DNA from: a virus
Lineage: Duplodnaviria; Caudoviricetes
Virus record (IMG/VR): IMGVR_UViG_3300008108_000109
Location: 1,318 to 65,317 of that record
Direction: 5' to 3' (one strand)
DNA: 64,000 nucleotides
Made by a program: the position numbers and the translations under genes
Notes under the pieces: model-generated
Databases searched by the model: none
The model's input: the letters and a program-made list of their open reading frames with translations, nothing else
Told to the model about the DNA's origin: nothing
In this document: in pieces, positions 58,603 through 64,000 of the stretch
Numbering within the stretch: position 1 is the first letter of the stretch
Layout of the letters: each line of letters opens with the position of its first letter

Positions 58603-59715
58603 ATGCCTCGTAAATCATCTGTGAACGACAAAGCACTTTTTGCAAGCATTCAAGAATTGTATGGTTCTGAAATTACTTCTGGAGATCTCAGGGGGTTTTG
58701 TGCTTCTAAGGGTTTGAATTACCAAACTGTAACTCGCCGCCTTGAACAATTTAAAACTTCTCGTGGTCGTTGGAACTTGGAAGTGACTCAAGAACGTGTT
58801 GAAGAAATTGAGCGTTCTTTTAGTGCTCCTTCTGTTCTTCCTTCTGTCGAGCAAAATCTTATTCCCGATAAAGATGATACCTTCGTCAAGTTTGGTAACT
58901 TTAACGATATTAAAAAAATTATTCAGTCCCATATCTTTTATCCTACGTTCATTACGGGTCTGTCGGGTAACGGTAAAACGTTCAGTGTGGAGCAAGCGTG
59001 TGCTCAACTGGGGCGTGAACTGATTCGTGTAAACATTACGATTGAGACTGATGAAGACGATCTTATTGGTGGATTCCGCCTTGTTGATGGTGCTACTGTG
59101 TGGCATAACGGTCCAGTTATTGAAGCCCTTGAGCGTGGAGCGATCCTGCTCCTTGACGAGATTGACCTTGCCTCCAACAAAATCCTTTGTCTACAATCCG
59201 TGTTAGAAGGTAAAGGTGTTTTTCTTAAAAAAATTGGTCGCTTTGTAAAACCTGCTGATGGGTTTAACGTTGTTGCCACTGCTAATACCAAAGGTAAGGG
59301 TAGTGATGATGGTCGCTTCATCGGCACCAATGTTCTCAATGAAGCATTCCTGGAGCGGTTCCCTGTGACCTTTGAGCAGTCCTATCCTGCTCCTGCAACT
59401 GAGCAGAAGATTCTGGAAGGCATCGCTCTGGATCTTGGTGTGGAAGACCGTGACTTCTGTAAGCGTCTGGTTGACTGGGCAGATATTATTCGTAAGACCT
59501 TTTACGATGGTGGTATTGATGAAATTATCAGCACCCGTCGTCTGGTTCATATCATCCGTGCCTATAGCATCTTCCAAGACAAAGCAAAGGCAATCCAAGT
59601 GTGTGTGAATCGCTTTGATGATGAGACCAAGCAATCGTTCTTGGAACTCTATGATAAAGTGGATGCCGACTTTGTGATGCCTTCTCAAGAAGTTGCTCAG
59701 GACGCTCCGTTCTGA
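58603..59715 (+). CDS. cobS: CobS-like MoxR AAA+ ATPase
   Basis: GLSGNGKT Walker A, LLLDEID Walker B, ATAN, NEAFLERF, ISTRRL. Confidence 0.92.
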   Translation: MPRKSSVNDKALFASIQELYGSEITSGDLRGFCASKGLNYQTVTRRLEQFKTSRGRWNLEVTQERVEEIERSFSAPSVLPSVEQNLIPDKDDTFVKFGNFNDIKKIIQSHIFYPTFITGLSGNGKTFSVEQACAQLGRELIRVNITIETDEDDLIGGFRLVDGATVWHNGPVIEALERGAILLLDEIDLASNKILCLQSVLEGKGVFLKKIGRFVKPADGFNVVATANTKGKGSDDGRFIGTNVLNEAFLERFPVTFEQSYPAPATEQKILEGIALDLGVEDRDFCKRLVDWADIIRKTFYDGGIDEIISTRRLVHIIRAYSIFQDKAKAIQVCVNRFDDETKQSFLELYDKVDADFVMPSQEVAQDAPF

Positions 59716-59721
59716 TATAAT
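59693..59721 (+). promoter_or_regulatory. sigma70-type promoter overlapping cobS stop
   Basis: TTGCTC-N17-TATAAT with TGn extension. Confidence 0.5.
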
Positions 59722-59724
59722 TGG

Positions 59725-59752
59725 GGGAGGTAATTGTGCCTCCCATTTTTTG
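59725..59752 (+). terminator. hairpin/terminator after cobS
   Basis: GGGAGGTA-attg-TGCCTCCC followed by ATTTTTTG. Confidence 0.7.
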
Positions 59753-59773
59753 TTCTTTATGTTTTGAATTATT

Positions 59774-60331
59774 ATGCCTAGTGAAAATTTTGAAAGCAGG
59801 TATGAAGATGGAATGCTACAACTAAACATTCCTACGTCTACTGCAGCACCAAACCAAGATTTTTGGGATGAAGATGGAATTAGTCTTGTAGGAAATCCAT
59901 ACTACTCCCCAGGATCTTCTGACACCATCTCTTTTGGTAATGATGTTATTACTGGAAGTAGAGTTTATGGTGGATCTTCCGATGATCTACTTAATAACAA
60001 TTTTGAATACAAACTGCCAATGAGTAATAAAAACCATTTTTGGAAATTTAAAGAAGACGAGACTCTCAAAGTAATTGAAGATTATCTCGCCAGCACATAT
60101 CATTCTCACTACACTTCGGAAGAATCTAAAACTCAAACTTTAGATCTTATTCAGAGTATTGGTGATGCAGAACCATTTACCAGGTCTAATGCCATTAAGT
60201 ACCTCTCTAGATTTGGTAAAAAGAATGGTAAGTCTAAAATGGATATTTTAAAAGCAATCCACTACTGTATTCTTCTTTATTACTTTGCTGGACTTCATAA
60301 TGAAAATAAGGGCACCTATGAAACTTTCTGA
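59774..60331 (+). CDS. DUF3310-like (T7 gp1.7-like) domain protein with low-complexity N-terminus
   Basis: SHY, SNAIKYLSRFGKKNG..DILKAIHY motif. Confidence 0.7.
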   Translation: MPSENFESRYEDGMLQLNIPTSTAAPNQDFWDEDGISLVGNPYYSPGSSDTISFGNDVITGSRVYGGSSDDLLNNNFEYKLPMSNKNHFWKFKEDETLKVIEDYLASTYHSHYTSEESKTQTLDLIQSIGDAEPFTRSNAIKYLSRFGKKNGKSKMDILKAIHYCILLYYFAGLHNENKGTYETF

Positions 60332-60983
60332 TAAAACTCTAAACCTTCTCAAAAATTTTTCTAACATTAATCAGTCTATTCTGTTTAAAAAGGGAAACAA
60401 ACTTCGCACTATTAGTGTGATGAAGAATATTCTTGCAGAAGCTGATATTACAGAAGACTTCCCAAAAGATTTTGGGATTTATGATTTAAATCAATTTTTG
60501 AATGGACTTGATCTACATAAAGATCCTGCTCTTGACTTTACTAATGATAGTTATGTAATTATCAAAGAAGGTAAAACTAGGTCAAATTACTTTTTTGCTG
60601 ATCCAAATGTAATTGTTACTCCTCCCGAGAAAGAATTACAATTGCCCTCTGATGATATTACGTTCAATATCACTGCAGATCAACTTACTCGTTTGATCAA
60701 AGCGGCAAATATTTTTCAACTTCCAGATTTGTCTGTTATTGGTGATGCTGGGGTTGTTAAACTGGTTGTCAGAGATAAAAAGAACGATACTTCTCACGAT
60801 TATCAAGTCATTGTGGGAGAAACTGATCTTACGTTCTGCTTTAATTTTAAAGTTGAAAACATTAAGATTATTAGTGGAACATATCAGGTTACGATCTCTA
60901 GTAAACTTTTGTCACGATTTGACAGTAAGGACTACGATCTCAAGTATTATATTGCTCTGGAACCTGATTCAACATTTGGATGA
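60318..60983 (+). CDS. gp45: sliding clamp gp45
   Basis: MKLSDKTLNLLKNFSNINQS, FGIYDLNQFL, YYIALE; ATG 60318. Confidence 0.96.
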   Translation: MKLSDKTLNLLKNFSNINQSILFKKGNKLRTISVMKNILAEADITEDFPKDFGIYDLNQFLNGLDLHKDPALDFTNDSYVIIKEGKTRSNYFFADPNVIVTPPEKELQLPSDDITFNITADQLTRLIKAANIFQLPDLSVIGDAGVVKLVVRDKKNDTSHDYQVIVGETDLTFCFNFKVENIKIISGTYQVTISSKLLSRFDSKDYDLKYYIALEPDSTFG

Positions 60984-61504
60984 ACATTTTTGTAACTTCT
61001 CCTTGGCCTGCTGAAAGTGCTGTTTGTCTCCCAGACAAACATATTGTTAAGATGCCTTTAGAGTGCTGCCAAATGCTTTCTATTGTTGCATCTGACAAAT
61101 GGGGTCATGGGTATGGACATCTTTACAAGTCTGATAATACTCCTTATAAGACTGAAAAAGGAGCATTCCGTAATCACCCATGCACTAAATGGGCATTAGA
61201 TAATATTCATAATGCGTATTGGTTAATTAAACATGGTATGAATCTTTCCGATGAGTACCAACTTAGATATGGCAAACAACATTCATGTTATAATACACTG
61301 CTTCAAGCATATTATCTATTTCCTAAGGGGAAGATTACAGAAGTAACACCATTTGCCCGTGCTATGCCAGATGAGTATAAACTTGACACAAGCATTGACA
61401 CTTTTACTGCTTACAAGATGTATATCGCATCCAAACCTTGGGTTGCATCTAATTATCTTCGTATGCCAGAACGAAAACCTAGAAAACCTTTACTGATTTT
61501 CTAA
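60980..61504 (+). CDS. pyrimidine-dimer DNA glycosylase/endonuclease V-like protein
   Basis: MNIF, DKHIVKMPLE..QMLS, NHPCTKW, AMPDEYK; last residues may be altered by a deletion at ~61480. Confidence 0.8.
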   Translation: MNIFVTSPWPAESAVCLPDKHIVKMPLECCQMLSIVASDKWGHGYGHLYKSDNTPYKTEKGAFRNHPCTKWALDNIHNAYWLIKHGMNLSDEYQLRYGKQHSCYNTLLQAYYLFPKGKITEVTPFARAMPDEYKLDTSIDTFTAYKMYIASKPWVASNYLRMPERKPRKPLLIF

Positions 61505-62349
61505 ATAAGGGTGAAGTGCCAAATTTGCTTCTTGCTGGTCCTGCTGGTTGTGGTAAGACCACAGTTGCTAAAGCACTATGCAATGAACTTGGAGTAGATG
61601 TCTATGTCATCAATGGATCCGACGAAGGTAGATTCCTCGATACTGTCCGAAACAATGCGAAGAACTTCGCTTCGACCGTCTCACTTTCGTCAACTGCTAA
61701 ACACAAAGTCATCATCATTGATGAGGCAGACAACACGACAAACGACGTACAACTCCTTCTACGGGCGTTTACTGAGGAGTTTAGTAGCAACTGCAGATTC
61801 ATCTTCACTTGCAACTTCAAAAATAAAATTATTGAACCACTTCACTCCAGATGTGCCGTTGTTGAGTTTGGAATCAAATCAAAAGAAAAACCAAAACTTG
61901 CTGCTGCATTTTACACTCGCATTCAAGACATTCTTCAAAAAGAATCTATTGAGTATGAACAAAAGGTTCTGATTGAATTAATTAACAAACACTTTCCAGA
62001 TTGGAGACGTGTTTTAAATGAGTGTCAACGTTATTCTGTTAGTGGTAAAATTGATTCTGGAATTCTTGCAACTTTTAGTGATGGTAATGTAAATGAACTT
62101 ATTAAAAACCTCAAGTCTAAGAACTTTAATGAAGTCCGAAAGTGGGTGGTCGGGAACTTGGACAACGATGCTTCTAGTCTACTTCGCAGGATTTATGACT
62201 CCACTTCTGATTGTCTTTCACCCCAATCTATCCCTGCTGCCGTTCTTATTCTTGCTAAGTATCAATACCAATGTGCGTTCGTGGCTGACCAAGAAATAAA
62301 TCTTCTTGCTGCCCTTACAGAAATTATGGTGGAGTGTGAATTCAAATGA
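61483..62349 (+). CDS. gp44: clamp loader large subunit gp44 (N-terminus missing in this sequence)
   Basis: GPAGCGKT, DEAD, SRC motifs; homology begins KTFTDFLNKGEVPN right after an in-frame TAG (61480-82); WVEKYRP box absent. Confidence 0.9.
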   Translation, partial: KTFTDFLNKGEVPNLLLAGPAGCGKTTVAKALCNELGVDVYVINGSDEGRFLDTVRNNAKNFASTVSLSSTAKHKVIIIDEADNTTNDVQLLLRAFTEEFSSNCRFIFTCNFKNKIIEPLHSRCAVVEFGIKSKEKPKLAAAFYTRIQDILQKESIEYEQKVLIELINKHFPDWRRVLNECQRYSVSGKIDSGILATFSDGNVNELIKNLKSKNFNEVRKWVVGNLDNDASSLLRRIYDSTSDCLSPQSIPAAVLILAKYQYQCAFVADQEINLLAALTEIMVECEFK

Positions 62350-62501
62350 TTAGACATCAACTTAAGTCCAGATGGTATTATATTTTTTGGGGATCTATGG
62401 CAGTTGCTGTAGTTGTTGGTCAAGTGTATATTGGTCTTGGGTATCGAGAAATGGCAAATGCTTTTAAATCTATTCAAATTAGTGTGAGTTGTGTAAAATG
62501 A
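62346..62501 (+). CDS. small predicted membrane protein
   Basis: 51 aa MIRHQLKSRWYYIFWGSMAVAVVVGQVYIGLGYREMANAFKSIQISVSCVK; ATGA overlaps at both ends; not in ORF track. Confidence 0.7.
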   Translation: MIRHQLKSRWYYIFWGSMAVAVVVGQVYIGLGYREMANAFKSIQISVSCVK

Positions 62502-62785
62502 ATGTAAAACTTATTCGTATGAATACTGGTGAAGATGTTATTGCGGATTTGATTAGCGAATCTGATAATACTTTGGTAATCAGTAATGCTATTGTTGCAG
62601 TTCCTTCTGGACGAGGTGAACTTGGGTTTGCACCTTGGTCTCCTCTTTTGAGTAAAGATGTAAAAGAGTTGACACTGAACAAAAATTTTGTAGTATACAT
62701 CTCAGAGACTCAACCTCAAATGGTTGAGCAGTATACTCAAATTTTTAGTCCAATTATTACACCAAATAAACAATTGTCTCTTTGA
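62498..62785 (+). CDS. hypothetical protein (Sm-like fold)
   Basis: MNVKLIRMNTGEDVIA..GFAPWSP; ATG 62498. Confidence 0.8.
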   Translation: MNVKLIRMNTGEDVIADLISESDNTLVISNAIVAVPSGRGELGFAPWSPLLSKDVKELTLNKNFVVYISETQPQMVEQYTQIFSPIITPNKQLSL

Positions 62786-62800
62786 TTTTTATTTTTTATT

Positions 62801-63322
62801 ATGATTAACATTGAACGTATTAACCTTGAAGAGTTCTTTGGTTGCGTGAATGCTACCAATACTAAAGAGATGAAGTCTAATGCATTCAAAACTATTCGCA
62901 CTTGGTTGCAGGAGAAGTCCTTTGCCAAGTGGAGTGATGGTCAACTTGAGTATGTTGGAGACTTCAAAGATGGAGTTGATTTTGTCTCTGAGGATAAAAT
63001 CAACTATGAGATGAAGGGTAAACTCAAGATGTTTAACAAGAATGGGTCTACCTCATCAATCGTTCTTAAGAATTTCCAGGGCGACAATAAAGTGATTGAG
63101 AAGACTTTTGACTATATGCTCCTAGTTGATACTAGTTCCATGGCAATCGGTATCACTGATTGGGACACTGTAGAGAAGCGTATTTACTATACTCCTAAAT
63201 CACCCACTGCTAAAGTTAAGTTCCTTCCTGGAGACTTTACTATCCTTGCTTCAAATGTAAAACCAGCAGAAAAGAAAATTACATCTGCACAGATTCTTGA
63301 AAATCTTCAGGAGATTCTCTGA
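62801..63322 (+). CDS. hypothetical protein, possible PD-(D/E)xK nuclease
   Basis: E..GVDF-x8-EMK pattern; overlaps dam start (TGATG). Confidence 0.55.
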   Translation: MINIERINLEEFFGCVNATNTKEMKSNAFKTIRTWLQEKSFAKWSDGQLEYVGDFKDGVDFVSEDKINYEMKGKLKMFNKNGSTSSIVLKNFQGDNKVIEKTFDYMLLVDTSSMAIGITDWDTVEKRIYYTPKSPTAKVKFLPGDFTILASNVKPAEKKITSAQILENLQEIL

Positions 63323-64000
63323 TGAAAGCACTTAAGACTCCGTTACGTTACCCTGGTGGTAAGTCCCGTGCTTGTGAAAAGATGGGACCTTATTTTCCAG
63401 ATCTTCGCAACTATGACGAGTTCCGTGAACCATTTCTTGGTGGTGGAAGTGTTGCGATTTATATCACAAAAAAATATCCCAACCTAGATATTTGGGTGAA
63501 TGATTTGTACGAACCTCTTGTAAACTTCTGGCAACAACTCCAGATGTTTGGAAATGACCTTAAAGATAAATTGGTAGACCTTAAGGCAGCAAATAATACT
63601 CCAGAATTAGCAAAGGAACTTTTTCTTAAAGCAAAGGAGCAAGTCAATGACCAAAGTTTGCCTAGCATTGATCGTGCTGTGGCTTTCTACGTTGTCAATA
63701 AGTGTAGTTTTAGTGGTCTCACAGAGAGTTCATCATTTTCAGAACAAGCTTCCAATAACAACTTCAGTTTGCGCGGGATTGAAAAACTGCCTTCGTATTC
63801 TGCGTTGATTAAAAATTGGGTTATAACTAATTATTCCTATGATTATCTGATGGATGGAAACAAAGGTGCTTTTATGTATCTCGATCCTCCTTACGATATT
63901 AAGGACAACCTCTATGGGCGTAAGGGATCAATGCACAAAGGATTTGATCACGATAAGTTTGCTGCTGATTGCGACGCTAACGATATGGATCAGTTAGTCA
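63322..64000 (+). CDS. dam: DNA adenine methyltransferase (Dam/D12 class), partial
   Basis: LRYPGGKS, EPFLGGGSV (motif I), YLDPPY (motif IV); runs off the window end; not in ORF track. Confidence 0.95.
   Translation, partial: MKALKTPLRYPGGKSRACEKMGPYFPDLRNYDEFREPFLGGGSVAIYITKKYPNLDIWVNDLYEPLVNFWQQLQMFGNDLKDKLVDLKAANNTPELAKELFLKAKEQVNDQSLPSIDRAVAFYVVNKCSFSGLTESSSFSEQASNNNFSLRGIEKLPSYSALIKNWVITNYSYDYLMDGNKGAFMYLDPPYDIKDNLYGRKGSMHKGFDHDKFAADCDANDMDQLV

Noticed and set aside
56193-59715. CobT/CobS-like pair as cobalamin biosynthesis feeding the B12 radical-SAM enzymes
   Set aside because: No CobN in the window; the pair is a generic MoxR AAA/vWA chaperone module common in T4-like phages, so the B12 link is not supported
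58615-59829. Long antisense ORFs over cobS (163, 111, 208 aa)
   Set aside because: Shadow ORFs of a codon-biased gene with no recognisable motifs
61501-61507. CTAAATA as a late promoter for a GTG-started gp44
   Set aside because: Falls within sequence coding the conserved FLNK of gp44; likely coincidental
1-64000. tRNAs, CRISPR arrays, introns or inteins in gp17, gp20, gp23, uvsW, gp46
   Set aside because: Intergenic gaps are short with no cloverleaf or repeat-spacer pattern seen; these proteins have ordinary lengths and contiguous motifs

Overview
AT-rich segment of a T4-like myophage genome. Gene order and content (giant gp7, DUF4815-type baseplate protein, CobS/CobT-like pair, cyanophage-type small ORFs) point to a cyanomyophage (Kyanoviridae-like); the host is inferred, not shown. 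From 1 to ~51.7 kb lies the late structural module (gp25, 6, 7, 8, a 2548-aa baseplate protein, gp13-20, gp21-23, gp3, uvsY, uvsW), driven by T4-type (T/A/C)TAAATA late promoters. The replication/recombination module follows (gp55, gp47, gp46, an epimerase, vWA-peptidase plus AAA ATPase, gp45, DenV-like, gp44, a putative nuclease, dam). The most unusual element is a ~6.6-kb island between portal (gp20) and the prohead core genes. It holds three tandem cobalamin-binding radical-SAM paralogues and a GT25-like glycosyltransferase on the minus strand behind a late-promoter motif, plus a convergent cupin/2OG-oxygenase-like gene. Other notable signals: a very abundant G-[IVLF]-x-[TS] motif in virion proteins (candidate modification sequon), a modular protein punctuated by prohead-protease-type cleavage sites, a consensus antisense sigma70 promoter pointing into uvsW, and three apparent frame-breaking deletions at gene 5' ends (one in essential gp44) that may be assembly artefacts. 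No tRNA, rRNA, CRISPR array, intron or intein was recognised. All family assignments come from motif recognition and synteny, not database searches.
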